Positions 26,522-39,990 of a DNA stretch of 64,000 bases are shown here, in pieces. Position 1 is the first letter of the stretch; each line of letters opens with the position of its first letter. The notes under the pieces were generated by a model. That model was given only the letters and a program-made list of their open reading frames with translations. It ran no database searches and was not told the origin of the DNA. Made by a program: the position numbers and the translations under genes. The DNA comes from Hydrolagus colliei (Eukaryota), in NCBI GenBank assembly GCA_035084275.1, contig CM068760.1, positions 1,240,001 to 1,304,000 of the forward strand. Direction: 5' to 3'.

Positions 26522-29500
26522 GTACTGTACTATCAATTCCTTATTCCATTTTATATTGAGTCAATTTTGAGATTATGCATATAAGGCCCCATACTAACTG
26601 AATATGAACTGAGAGTTAAGGTATACAAGTTTGTGTGGCTTTCAGGACAAGTAGCTTGTTTCTCAGCTACTTTTCTCTACCTTCTGCAAATCTGGGATCG
26701 TATTCACAAAAGCAGTTTTAACAGTGCCAAGTATAACCCACCCCAGCACTCTCTGGAGTTCCCAGAGCCAGTCTTGGTTTTGCTAGTGAGCATCTATTAT
26801 TTTCCTGAATTAAGTAAACCGGATGCATCCCTCCTGACGTGAAAGGCGCTGTACAAGTGTAATTTTGTTGTTGTTGTTGTTATATGCAAGTACAATGCAT
26901 ATCTGGAACTCTGTGGTTTGAATAATCTTAATCACAGCTTGTTGCCAATGAGTTGTTGCCAATACCCGGTTGACCGAAAACCCCCCCAATATAACAATTA
27001 ACAACAACAACTTTGATTTATATAGCGCCCTCCATGCTGGACGGCGTCTCAGAGCGCTTCACAATAATGGATCCTGGGACTGAGCCAGGGGCAGGGGTAG
27101 AAAGGTGATCAAAGGCACAGCAATTAACTAGTTTATTGTGAGCCCAGTTTAAAACACCTGGGAATATGCCAAATGCGGAAATGCAAGTGGAAAAGCTTGT
27201 CTTTTGTTAAAAGTTGTTTCTTAACCACGTTTGTCTGCATCTGTCCCATCATACTGGAAGCGGTGTGTGGTCTTCTTGCCTTGTGACGACAGTGATGTTT
27301 TGTCATTGAGCCAGAAAGAGTGGACGTAATGATTGTATAAGTGTGATTTCCCCATCTAGTGGTTCTCATGAGAACTGGTGCAACTCAGTGTGTTTATTGA
27401 GGCAATTTGCTGCTCTATACCAGAACGTTTTTTTTGTTTTACTTTTCAGATTATTTTTCAGATTTAAAAACAAATCCATTGTTGACATAATTGTATCCAA
27501 GGAGGTGTTACTAATTGATAATGCCCTAAGATAAAATACTTTCTTGCGTTAGTGTTAATATTATTGAAACTCTCAGCCACTCTTATCTATAATAAATACA
27601 GTTGGGAAGTTGGTGCCCAATTTGCAATTTCACTTTTTGGGCATGCTTTAGTTTTGTTCAAGATACACCATAGGGCAGAGCTGTGGGGTTTTGTGAGTCT
27701 GAAGGTGTGGATGAGGGTGTCTGGAGAGTGGGGAAAGAGGTAGTAGCATACATGGATGATGTTTTAGTAAATTACGTTAAACAAAACAGCCTTTAAATCA
27801 GCTGAAAATCTGAAAAATCTAAGATTTACAGTTAATTTATCTGCTTGTACTATCCATTTAATAAATGTTTTACCCAAATCTTACAGTACAATTCTTAAAT
27901 CTCTGTTTTTGTTTGTTCAGAATGCCTTGAAGTTGATCAAATTTCAAAGAATTAACTCTAAACATTTGGAGTCGAATCTTGGAGGCCAACAAAAAGGGAA
28001 ATTGTCTTATTTAAACAAATCTGCGTCTTTTTTTCCAATAGGAAATGGCTTATTTTGAATTATAGAGCAAACAGAGCATTGATGCTGTCTGACAATGTTG
28101 CATTAGAAGCAATATTATGCAATATTGCCCTTTCACCTTTCCAGAATGATCGTGGTTTTTAGTTTTGACCTTTTAGGGTAATAACAGTAGATTGGGAATT
28201 TTCCTTAAAAGGCTAGGCTGTGAATAACTAGTTTTGCTTCAGCAATGGAGTTACCAGATTTGCCTCAGTAGGTAGTTAGTTCATGCAAGTTTTGGATTGG
28301 ATGTTGTTTGGCACTGTGTATCAGACACTTTCCATCTGTTGTTTTGGTACTTAAAGAAAGAAAATGCTGAGCGTTCAAAACTCACAAATTTAGACATTTT
28401 TCTGCTTTCTGTAAACTTTAGAAGCTGTCCATTTTCAGGTGAAAAATCTTCTTCATCTTAACAGCTTGGAGCTGGAGGGGTGTGGGGGCAAAGAGCAAGA
28501 CATTGTCTTTGCTAACCAAGTCCTATTGTAGGGATTTTAAAAAAATAAAGTGAAATCTCCAATCCAAAAAGTGAATTATTCAAACTGTAATGGTTAGCAG
28601 CAATTAGGAAGTATATTATTATAGTCATGGAATCGTAATTTGGTTTGTTCCTAAGATATAATATTAGTAATACTGTATTTTTAAAAAAATGTTTCAGCTA
28701 TTTTTAAAATTTCGTATTTTATGCAATAAGGAATTCAATCTGGCAAATTTTGTGCACAGGCACAGAATGCTGCAAAATCTTGTTTAACTCGCCAGAATAT
28801 GCTTTAACAGCAAATCCCTGCTTCATTTTTATTCATTAAAAAGGTGAAACATTCAAAGTTCCTGGAATTAGATAAACAAATATTTTTTTTTAATGGTATT
28901 CTGGAACTATGAGCAAATCATTGTTTAAGCATGGCATCAAATAATAATAATAATATGGGCTAAAGATTCTTCATCCACAGGATATACTGTAAAGTATAGT
29001 GACAGTGTTATGGGAAAATATTATCAAAAATGAAACCTACAGGGTCATCCTTTGCTAAATTCAATAGATGATGGTTATAAAACCTTGTTTCTCAGAAGTG
29101 ACTGTTGTTTACCTTCACCTACATAATACTCTTAAAATATTTTCAATAGTACAGCATTAAAAACATTTTTTTAAAGAAAGGTTATAGCCTTTTTTTTAAC
29201 CGAGACTGCATTGGAATGCATACATTCTTCCAAAATGTTTTAATTGACAGCAAATGGAATTTTAACATCTTTCTGCCAGGCCACTTAGCGTATCTTTGCC
29301 ATAAATGGCTTCAAAATCACCTTGCCCTGTGTTCTGCCAACATTCCTTTAACAGTGGGTGTAATACTGCTGCAATGATTGCATTAGAACAGAAATGAGAG
29401 CAGTAATTTTCTGTATAATGTTGTCATCCTGTTTCTCCCAATTCTTTGGCCCGGGTCACTGTAGGAAACGTCGGAGCTACATTGAGAAAGCTTGTAGCTC

Positions 29501-31439
29501 AAGGGTGCTCCTTATCTTGACTTTTTCTTATCTTAACTTGCTCATGAAGAATTGTACTTGTTCATAATCAACATTTATACCAACAAAATTACATTTGTAG
29601 AGCATTTTTCACATCAGGGAGATGTCCCAAGGCGCTGGTTATAACTGATTACAACACAGTCCGTGTAGGTACTTTTCCAAGTAAGTTGATTAGACTTCAG
29701 CCTGTTGGGATGGACTTTGAGAATTCTTAGACAGTATAAATCCTGTGACGTTAATCCAAAAGAAAAGGAAATTGTTCTCAGTGTCCTGGCTGATAACATA
29801 AATGGATTGTTTGCATATAGAAACTTGCTAAATTAAAGGGTACAGGGAAAGAGCAGATACTCCAAATACCCTGCTCTTTTTCTCTGTACCCTTTAATATG
29901 ATTTCTCTGCATAACCTTGTCCAATTCTTTTTAAAATGCCCCTAATGGCAATGCTCTGCCAGCCGCCTTTTGCATTCCATACTCTTATACTCAACCCTCT
30001 GAAAGAAGTTTTATTCCCCAGTCATCATTTTAAATTCATGCCCACTTGTCCTTGAATTCCACTACCAAAAAGCTTTTCACAATTAATGCTCTTGAACCAG
30101 ACTAGCTCGCCTGGCTTATTATCAGGACTTCAAGGCACAGACTGGGAGCAGGGATTTGTCCCATTTTGCTCCTGTACCCTTGCAAGCCAAAGCCCTGTAG
30201 AATGGTGACTTTAAGGTAACTGGATGAATTGTCCTTCTATCTTAGTAGCATCCTGTTTATGTTTGGTTATGTGCATGTGTCAGTTTTTAGTGGAGTAATT
30301 CAAGCTGGGAAAACATCATGAAAATGGGAAATGGGAGCGATTCCACAATGAAGGGTCACGCTGGCAAACACAAGGGATGCGGTTTTGCCCCAAGGTCACT
30401 GTTTTCCCTTAGAATCACGAAAGCATATTGGGGAATTTTTTTTCTGGTGAGGGATACATTCGTTAGGTTTGAAACTGAAACCAGTTGTTAATTTCACACA
30501 ATTAATAAATTTAAAGCTGTAGTATTCCAGAATGGTTTGTGTTATTTAAAATTTTAAGTAAATTATCCTTCATTTGGAAACTCAGCGGCCCTTTCAGTTC
30601 AGAATTGCTCGGCAGAATTTTCATTTTAGTGCTTTCTGTTGATCGACTGGGACCATGTTGTTTCTGGCAGTGGTTAATGATCTTATTTTCTCTCTCTCAT
30701 GTGTGTGCGCGCACATATTCATGCACACACACTCTAACTCACCGGAAAGAAATGAAACATCAATTAATGGCTGGAGGATTTCCTTCTCCAGGTTGATTCA
30801 TTTTGAAAGTGCTTAAGATTAAAACAAATTAGACTTGGGCACCAGAAACTCAATGTGTCTAAACATCAGGGATTTCAGCTTGAAATTTCTTTCTTTCTAC
30901 ATCAAGACATTGACAAAATATTTAACTTGACATTCCAAGTCAGTGATTGAGACGTTGGTTGTTCTACTATAAAAAGGTGTTGGATGCTATAATCATACTA
31001 TAAAATGTTATATGCCAATGCAGAAACTAATCTTACAATTTTCTGAAGTTTTCGCTCTTCCTGCTTTTAAAACAGATATTGTGTTTATTTGGTGACCTTT
31101 CTAAACTTCCTAGGTAAAGGTCACCAGAGACTAATGGAAGATTTATTATATCAGATGGAGATCTAATATTTCAGCTGTAGATGAAAGTTTCACTAAAGGT
31201 TGTAAAGTGCAAGTCATCCAATTGAAGCAAAATAAATCCTGCACTGTAAAACATATTTTAGATGTTCTAATTGCTGTGAGTTTTGAAATCTAACATGAAT
31301 TAGATTCAAACCTATCTATTTAATATTGCTGAACATTATTTTTGAACTCTTAACAATTTAAGTACATTTCCATTAATATATTTCACACACAGTGTGATGC
31401 ATATGGAATGTAATTTTTTTTAGTACTGTATGATGTAAA

Positions 31440-31740
31440 TAATAATCTTTACCACTTTGAGACATATCAATATGCTTCACGGAATACATTGTAAAGTTAA
31501 TTGATTGTGTATTTTGCGGACGAAACGCGGCAGCCAATTATGCACAGCTGTGTCCCACAAACAGTTGTGGATTGAGTGCCCACTTTTTTTTACATATTCT
31601 TTTAAGGGATTATTCCCCCCCGGAAAAGCAATCGCTGATTGACTAACAATCGGGTTTCCATTTTTCTGCTAAGTAAACAGAAACTTGCCTAAAGTTTTGC
31701 CCTGCTCGAGAATCGAACCCAGGTCCTCTCGCTTGTGAAG
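31440..31740 (-). mobile_element. tRNA-derived SINE with L2-type (TTA)n tail
   Basis: Minus-strand B-box GGGTTCGATTCTC (31720-31708); body shared with 2486-2700 and 36017-36232. Confidence 0.75.
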
Positions 31741-33189
31741 TATGAGAAAATGCTTGTAATGTGTGAGAAAAGTTTTTCCTCACACATCTTGGGATAGATT
31801 AGGTTCCTGGGCTAACCACTTAGAATCCAACTTCTCGCAGAAAGAGAAGCTAGTTCTCCCAAACTGCTAAACTGAAATAGTACATATCGGATTTGCTTTC
31901 AGCCCACACCACACCACCCATGTCACACACTTCACAAATAGAAATGCTGCTGATGTGTGAATTTCAGTACATTTAAGATATGGCATCAATACTTCAACAG
32001 AAGGCTATGTTGCAGTTTATTTAATTAACCCTCTGCAAGTAGGATTTTTTGCTCTGGAACAAGTTGAACATTTTATTTATGCAAAAAAGGAAATTCAGGC
32101 AGTTTTGTCTGTTTTCTCTGTTAACATCTTTCAATATAAACAACAGGTGTCAAGAAGAATCAGCAGGCAGACAGTTAAATAAAATGGTTAAGAAATCTAA
32201 AATCTGTAATGAGATCTGTTTATTTTATGGCAGCCATTTCAGGTTCACCTACATGCATCCTTCTATACTGAAGTTGGTGATCCATGCTGGATTATGGTTC
32301 TATAGCTGATAGCATTCCCTGCATATCTTATCCAGCAGTTATAGTACCTTTACTGCCTTACGTATAGTGTGGATTTATTGTAGATCTGTGGTAACCAGAA
32401 GTACAATACACTTGGCTTCAGGCGCAGGCTAACTGGTTTCCTGAGTTTTTTTAAACAAAAACTTGACTTCCTGCCTATGTGTGCTATAAAGGAATGCATA
32501 CAACTCACAGGAAGTGGTGTCAGGACAACCTGACTGCTTGGAAATTGGTGCTTTTATTTGCACCTTGAATTTATTGCATGCCCTGAGATCCACCTAATAA
32601 ATTCAAGATTACTAACTGCCACAATAAAACTTTTTCTCTAAAGTTACTCTTCATGTTGTGAACCTAAAAGCTAAATGATGGCAGGCTGATTGACAGCAAG
32701 GGACATTAGCCGAGTCTGATCCTGTACTACCCAGACACCCACACATGAATAAACTGATCAAACTATGCTCCTTGATGGCAAGCAAGCTGCAATAGCTCCA
32801 GGGCGATTTGTGGACAGATTATGAGACCAATATGTTTTGGATGTCTCAGTCGCACTGTGTAGTTTTAAAACTCTCCAAGCTATGAGGAGTGGCATTTTAA
32901 GAGTTTATTTGTTAAATAAAAATCAACAGTCGGTCCTTTACCGAATGCTTAAATTCAGTCAGTTATTTTTGTCTGTATTTATGCCATTTTTAGCAATCAA
33001 TGTGTGAAAGAACAGGATCTTCTATAGAACTATTGAGTAAAATTCCAGATTATACACTGTTTATGCATTGTTCTGTGCAGAAATATAAAATTGCTTTGTC
33101 TGTTTTACCTTGGCATTTCTGCTGCAGTTTACATTGATGGCATGTTTTTATATAGTGTAGCTTTTCATCAAAATTGTTTTTTCATTTAG

Positions 33190-33334
33190 TCGTCGCTCAA
33201 CTGTAATAGAGAAACTTGAAGCTCTGGAGCTGGAGAATGCTGATCGAATGGAGACTGATCAGCTTGCAGGAGAAGCAATGCCCAGTGAGTCACGTCAAGG
33301 GAGAAGTGAAACAAGACGTTTCCAACGGAGAGAG
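33190..33334 (+). CDS. MPRIP: MPRIP-like exon (RRSTVIEKLEALELENADRMET...RQGRSETRRFQRRE), GC donor
   Basis: tttag| acceptor, phase 2; similarity ends at GAG|gcaagt (phase 0); 145 nt. Confidence 0.88.
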
Positions 33335-35251
33335 GCAAGTCGTGCAACAAAACTTGTTTCTTGCTTGGAAATAAATACTTTAAAACCTGAGCTATTCTGG
33401 GTTTTTAAATCCCACTCAGTAAACACATTAAAGACTGGCTAGCTTCTGCATAAGCCTGAGCTCTCTACTGAAAGTATTGTTTAATGAGTCAATTGGATCG
33501 ATATTTTTTTTCTATTTAAAAAAACATGCTGGGAAAGAGGAAGAATTTCAATTAAAATTAGTTAAACCTGTTCCTGTAATTTTTCTGGGGGTTCCATGTC
33601 CAATGTGCATCCCCCCACTGTCCTGCCCTTGTAGCAAAAGTCACCTCATCGCATGTACGACAGGTTCGCTCAGATCAGTCTCCTGTTTCTAACTCTCACT
33701 GGAACATCTGGATCTTATGGACAAAATGTTTAACCTCGTCTCCCATTGAAAATTACAAACTGTTTAGTTTGAGTGCGACATCCAACCGATTAGAGTAGGG
33801 AAAGCTCACGGCATTTATAAGTGTGGATTCTAAAACTTGAGAGTACTGTCCCAAGATTGTTTCACCCTGCCCCCAAATGATCAGCATATTGTTAGTTATA
33901 TGAAGGATGAAATGTTTGCAGTCGATCAGACACCAGATAAAAACAAAACCCAAATCCTTAGACACTGCTATCTTTTGACTTTGGGAATCAATTTCTAATC
34001 AAGATCATTGTTCACAATGGGGTCCAGCCTTTTTTTTAATGTTACCCATTCTTTGTGAAAAGTCCTAGAACTGAAGGGTTTATTCATTATTCATTAACAC
34101 ACCCTCTTCCCATCTGTGATCCAAAGCCACATGGCAGTTATTATGGTTCGAAAAGCTTGGAAAACCATTTCAACTGAAAATGTTTTGCTGAAAATAGTCT
34201 TGCCAACGTTGAAGTCTTAATGTTTAATGCGGTCTAAATAGCTAGTCTTGATCACAAAACATCAAATGAACAGCCCCCTGTTTCCTACCCCGGGGTTTGA
34301 TGCATCTGTACTTAATTAGCATTCTCTTATTTTCTCCCTCAATTAAATGCTTTCTCATGAGTCACTTTGTTTAAATAATTGAAGAGTACTAAATATGTGG
34401 ATATTTAATTTCTTAACCCTTTGAAGGCACTAGGAACATTGGCACAAAAATAAAAAGTTGCATAACAGTTGGGTTTTTACTCACGGATCATCCTGAGAAA
34501 TGTTGCTGTAAGGGAAGAGTATTGTACGTTGAAAGTACTTTCTACCTCTTTATTTCCTTTACAACACACAGCATAATTTAGCTATCGGCATGACTGTTAA
34601 TGAATGTTTGTCAGAGTTGGGACCAGTTGGCATTCTGCTTAGGCCGAGAGGAAAGAGATTTTGAATTTAGTACAAACTGAGTTATAGTTCAGTACATAGC
34701 TGACACTGAATTTTAAAATTCATTTGGTTCCTGTCATAAAGCATTTTTCTATCAAGTTTTCCAACTAACCAAGGAGTTCATTGTTGCACTTTCCAGGAAT
34801 TTCCTTATTAACGCACCAGAGGTGGTGATTTTCGCTATCCTTATTAAGGATAAGGATCAATGCAGCAAAGTCATGCAGTTAGCTTAGCCAATGCACTACA
34901 AGAAACTTGATTTGAAGAGCCGAGTGTGTTGGTTTATTCTTGCTCTGTTGAATACAGCATTCATTACCTGAAGACTCGGAATGTATTGAGCTTTCCTCCA
35001 GATAATTATGGCTGCAACCAAAAATTATTAAATTCAGAGTAGATCTAGCTGAAGCTGAGACTGAAAGGTCAGCAATCAAAATGTAACTGTTATTAAGGCT
35101 TTCAAATGATTCACCTGCCATTAAATACTTTCAAGATTTTCTATTCGTATGCAGCACAAGTTTTTTTATAGGTTGGAGTTAACCATAACAGAGCCCTGGG
35201 ACATCCTCCCAATGTAAGAAATGCATACAAATGTAATCTGTTGTTGTGTAG

Positions 35252-35359
35252 GAAATGAGAAAAGAAGCAACCCGAGGGAGAGATTTTCATTCCTCTTCCA
35301 TACCTCCGCTACGCCGGGCAAAATCGCTTGATAGGCGAACAACTGAATCTATAATGACG
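35252..35359 (+). CDS. MPRIP: MPRIP-like exon (EMRKEATRG...PPLRRAKSLDRRTTESIMT)
   Basis: gtgtag| acceptor, ACG|gtaaga donor, 108 nt; RRAKSLDRR motif. Confidence 0.9.
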
Positions 35360-35789
35360 GTAAGATTATTAATGACATCAATATTCGCCTACAAATACAG
35401 TCATTACATTTGTAAATCCTATGAAGTACTTTTGCGATGTTTTTAGCTGTAAGACACTTACCACATATTTACAGAATTGTTAGAAATCTGGCTGGATTGA
35501 TATGAATGTAACTGTATGCTGTTTATAATTATCACATTATAAACTCAGTGGTTTGAGTAATTATTGCAATAACTGAAAGTAACTCTGCAGAGCATAATAT
35601 GGCATTAATGTTTTTGGTTCTATTGTAATAACTATTAAAATACCTATAAAGTTAAATCTTATTCTATTTTGGCCAACAAATCCCCCAAATAAAATTGGTC
35701 CCTCACTCCATGGCTGTTTATTGAATGTTGCTGTTCACACATTAGCTGCTTCATTTTGCCAACAAAATACAACAATTTGCATTGATAGT

Positions 35790-36560
35790 GGAGGGCATTG
35801 GAATAATTGAGGAGGGAGGTGACGAGGGTTTCGGCTGCATCGGGTGTGAGGTACACACAAGCAATGGAGGCAAGCAATGTGACGGAGGTGGGGGAAAGCT
35901 GTTCTGGTCAGGGATTGGTTATTGATAGGAAGGACAGCTGGGATCAAGCCTAGGTTACATACAAGTTCAGTAGGCCTTGCCCAAGGAAACTTGCCCAAGG
36001 CTTCGCCCCGACCTGCCTTGCATTTGATATAGCGCTTTCCACATCTTATCAACGTCCCAAAGCGCTTCACAGAATATACTGTAAAATGAATCGACTGTAT
36101 ATATTTGTGGGCGAATCGCAGCAGCCAAATGCGCACAGCAGTGTCCCACACACCGTCGTGGATTGAAATGACCAATTTTATTATAGTGGTTTTTTTGGAG
36201 GGATTATTATTAGGCGCGTGGAGTAAGGAAACTAACTTAGGTATAGGCCTGGGAGGTTGAGGAGAAAAGACGTTGATGGGAGCCAATGTGTATGTCTTTT
36301 ATCTTGTTGACGTTCAGTTTGTTTGTCAGACATCAAAGCCTCGAAGTTTGCGCTCATCCAGGCCTCGATGTCTGACAAATAAGCTGACAACATCAGTAGC
36401 CCTGAAGTTGCAGCTGAAGGAGGAGAAGTATGTATAGGTGTCTATAGATGAAATCACCAAAGAGGCATGTAAATGAGGAAAAGAGGGGGGCCAAGGATGG
36501 AGCCTTGAAGTACCCCTCAGTTGTCTGGCCAGGATGAAACAACGTTTGCGAAGGCTAAGT
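35790..36560 (-). mobile_element. Degenerate L2 LINE fragments interrupted by a SINE (36017-36232)
   Basis: Minus strand: AFPHLRHIACLH, AAETLVTSLLNYSNAL, and a PQGSILGPLLF-like RT motif near 36480-36520; SINE body and tail lie between them. Confidence 0.7.
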
Positions 36561-39500
36561 GATGGTGGTGTGACCGAGGTAGGTAAGGGAGTAGAGGTGA
36601 TGGCAACCTTTAATATTTAATCTATTGTAACTCTTGTGAGCTGGGTAAATCAACATTATTGTGATTCTTTAATAATTATAATAATCTTTGCATTTGCATA
36701 TAATAATTATATGCTGCCATTTATAATTTAGATGCTATTTCTAGTTTGCATCAGAACTGGTTGCTATAGGTTACTAGTAAAAGGTTCCCATCTGCTGTGA
36801 ATAGAAATATTTGAGTATATGCAGGATCCTTTTTGAAAGCTTTGTACAGAGGCACCCAGAGAAGGAAATTCATGTAGAATTGTTTATTTGCAATGAAACA
36901 TTCATTGTATTGGTATATATTTTCTGTGTTAACTTTAATTATGCCCACAAATGTACAGTCAATAATTCACTTTACAGTGTATTGTGTAAAGAGCTTTGAG
37001 CAGTGATTAGGTGCTCTATCAAATACAACGATTATTGATATTATTATATTATAATTGCGAGGGATTTGTGAAGAATTAAAACTAAATATCCAAATTGATG
37101 GTTTCACGTGTACCAAGCGCTTAGAAGTGAGAATCCTGAGTTCGTGCAAATGTTGTGCAGTTTCGGGGAAAAAAAACTGCAGAATTTACATGTGCAAACT
37201 AATCTGGCTGAGATAGCAAGTTTTACTGGTTTGGGATAATGTATACAGTCAATGGAATGTCCCAGAAAATCATCTGCAAACTATTTCTTGATATACTTCC
37301 AGGAATTGTGTCTAATAAACTTTAATACATACTCCACCATGCAACAGTGAGACTGCTCATTGACTCTCTGAAAGTCTTTAAACTTGAATACAGGTCACCT
37401 CATATATGAAGTATCAATTCTTGTAAGAAAAAGGTCCCCAAGTGATTTAAAAGAAAATTTTAATCTTTTTGGGTAGGGTTGCAAATCTCCTGAGTTTTGC
37501 TGCTGCAGTTTATAAAGTTCTTTAAACCTCTTAATTAGGTTACCTTCTTGTTAATAATTTCAAAATGAATGATTCAGTATTTAATATTGTTTACCCTGGG
37601 ATTAATTCCATTTATATTGTGCTTTCCGCTTCACATGGTCTGCGTTTCTAACCTTCATGTTGCTGGATTTTCTACAAGGAAAAAGCAAATCCTTTTCCAT
37701 TCAATCTAAGCCACTTATCAGCTAGTGCAAATGTGTTGTGCTTTCGTATCTTCAAAGCTTCTGTCATATTGTACATCAACTGCAGTTTGTCGTGATATTC
37801 ACACAGTCTGAATAACTTCCATTCTTCAGCAGTCTGCATCATCGTGTGGAATTGGGAAGGGCTTTTAAATATCTTTTGCATAACAGAAATTGAGTCATTT
37901 TCCTTAAGAACACTCTTCAGTGCCCATGCAACACACCAAAGTATTATTGAGTGCTGCCTAGAGTATTCCAAATGATGATCCAGTGATCAACAGTAGTTTA
38001 GCATTTCATAAGACATGCTAGGCGTTTCTTTCTTTGAAGCTAGGCTATAATTCCATGGATTTACTGCTTTCCTATGTTAACCTGGACAACGGGTTTGTAA
38101 CTAGAGGAGACATCGTATCCAAGTTTGATCATGTCTCTGTGAGCACTTTACTGGATAATGATAAGAATGGGAATGTTTTTTCCAGATAATTGCATGTTTT
38201 CTTTAGACCAGATTGTGATTTTATTCTGATTGTGATCTGGTTTTAGTTTTTGAATATCATTTGTTGGGTGTCATATCTCGTTTTCCATTTCTAAAATGAA
38301 CAGAAAGCAATCTCCTGATTGGCACCAAGAAACTGAGTGTTTGGTTATGGACTTCAAGGAAATTCATTCTAATGGTTTCAGGAAGAAGGATGGCAGAAGC
38401 GTGACATTTGTACGTTTTATGATATTTAGACTGTAATTTCACAGTCAGTCAGTAAAAGTGCCCTCGCAGGGAATGATGGCTTTATGGCGAGAAGAGAATG
38501 CTAGGTGAAGGGCACTTCAGTAACTGCAATCCATCATTGGCAGCTCACTCTAACTTCACAGGTGCCAGCTAAAAATACATTCTGCTGTGATGTTTACAAT
38601 AAAGAATTTACTCGACTGATGATGGCTTCTATAGTTTTTTTGGTATGAAAATTTCATTCTATCATAGTCTGAAGAAAGTTATTTTCTCCCATAATAGTCT
38701 ATTCAACACTCAGAGCTTTATATAGAGTCAACCTGCACTCCATAACTGTGGCAAACAGTGCAACAGCTTTGCCTGGCGCCTCCACCCTCCTTCGAGGATG
38801 GATTTCACAATGGATTTTCTGTCTGATAATCTAGCACTATTTTTAAATTCCTGACCATAGTATGTTATTTTAATCAAAAAATTTATATCAACTTTGCCAT
38901 TTTTATTAAATGAGAAATAAATTTCATGATGTTTTTCAGAAACTCTTTTCATTCGGTAACCAGGAGGATGATACGTATTGTCACAATGTAGAAAGGATAG
39001 ACATTGTGGGCCAGTATTTATTATAATTGTTTTAAATCATGGCAACCCACGTCTCGATTACCTGATTGACCCCATGAAATATTAATGAAATAATAATAAT
39101 GCTTGCGTTTGATAGAGTGCTTTATCAAGTTGTTGAGATGTTTCAAAGCGCTTCACTAAATATATAGAATGGTGATCGAATCATAAGAATAATGTTTATG
39201 GTAATAGAATCTTCTTTAATGTGTCCCAGATGTTTTAACATTTGTTTCAAATTAGGTTTTCTACATAGGAATCTAATGATCTAATATGCAACAATTTTAA
39301 TTTCTTATTTAAAAATAGAAGCTTCAAATTGTTTTATTGTCAAGCCTCAAAGGGGTTGTCAGTTTCTGAATCTGGCGTAGCTACATTAAAATATTTGACC
39401 TACTTTGTGTGCGGCATAAGTCTATCTCACTAAAGATGCCCTACTTTCGAAGGTCCAAATTTTTTCAGGCATTTTAATTTATCACTGTGTAATATATACT

Positions 39501-39933
39501 AAATTGTTTCTTGAACTTTGAATTATTTGAGCTCCAGAATTTTATCCTTTTCGGGTTTATGGCTGTCTCGTGCAAGTTACAAAGCCAGATATTTGTCTGA
39601 AAACACTTCAACGCAAACCGATTTTGTAAAACTGCACTACAAAGGTCGCTTAGGTCCAGTGATCTGGCCTCAGAAGGTTGACTGAGCTTTGAAACATTTG
39701 ATTAGAATTATGCTCAGTCTTGAAACTGAGCCATTGAATAATAATATAGTAATCTTTGCATGTGATATAGTGCCTTACCACACTGTTGAGATTCTCAAAG
39801 CGCTCCACAGAAAATATTCTAAAATATTCCAATTTTTATAGCAATGTAAATATTGACATATAGATATATGTATATATTGGCCTTTTTATCTTTCCTGGTT
39901 TTCTTGACAAATTATGTTTTATTTATATTTTAG

Positions 39934-39990
39934 CCTGATTTACTGAACTTCAAGAAAGGGTGGATGGTGAAACTTAATGGAATGGGTGAG
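39934..39990 (+). CDS. MPRIP: MPRIP-like exon, PH2 start (PDLLNFKKGWMVKLNGMGE)
   Basis: ttttag| acceptor, GAG|gtaaga donor, 57 nt. Confidence 0.95.

Noticed and set aside
31690-31740. tRNA gene
   Set aside because: Only a B-box/T-arm remnant, contiguous with a SINE body; same for 4407-4475
35735-36286. 183-aa minus-strand ORF
   Set aside because: Chance read-through of SINE and L2 fragments
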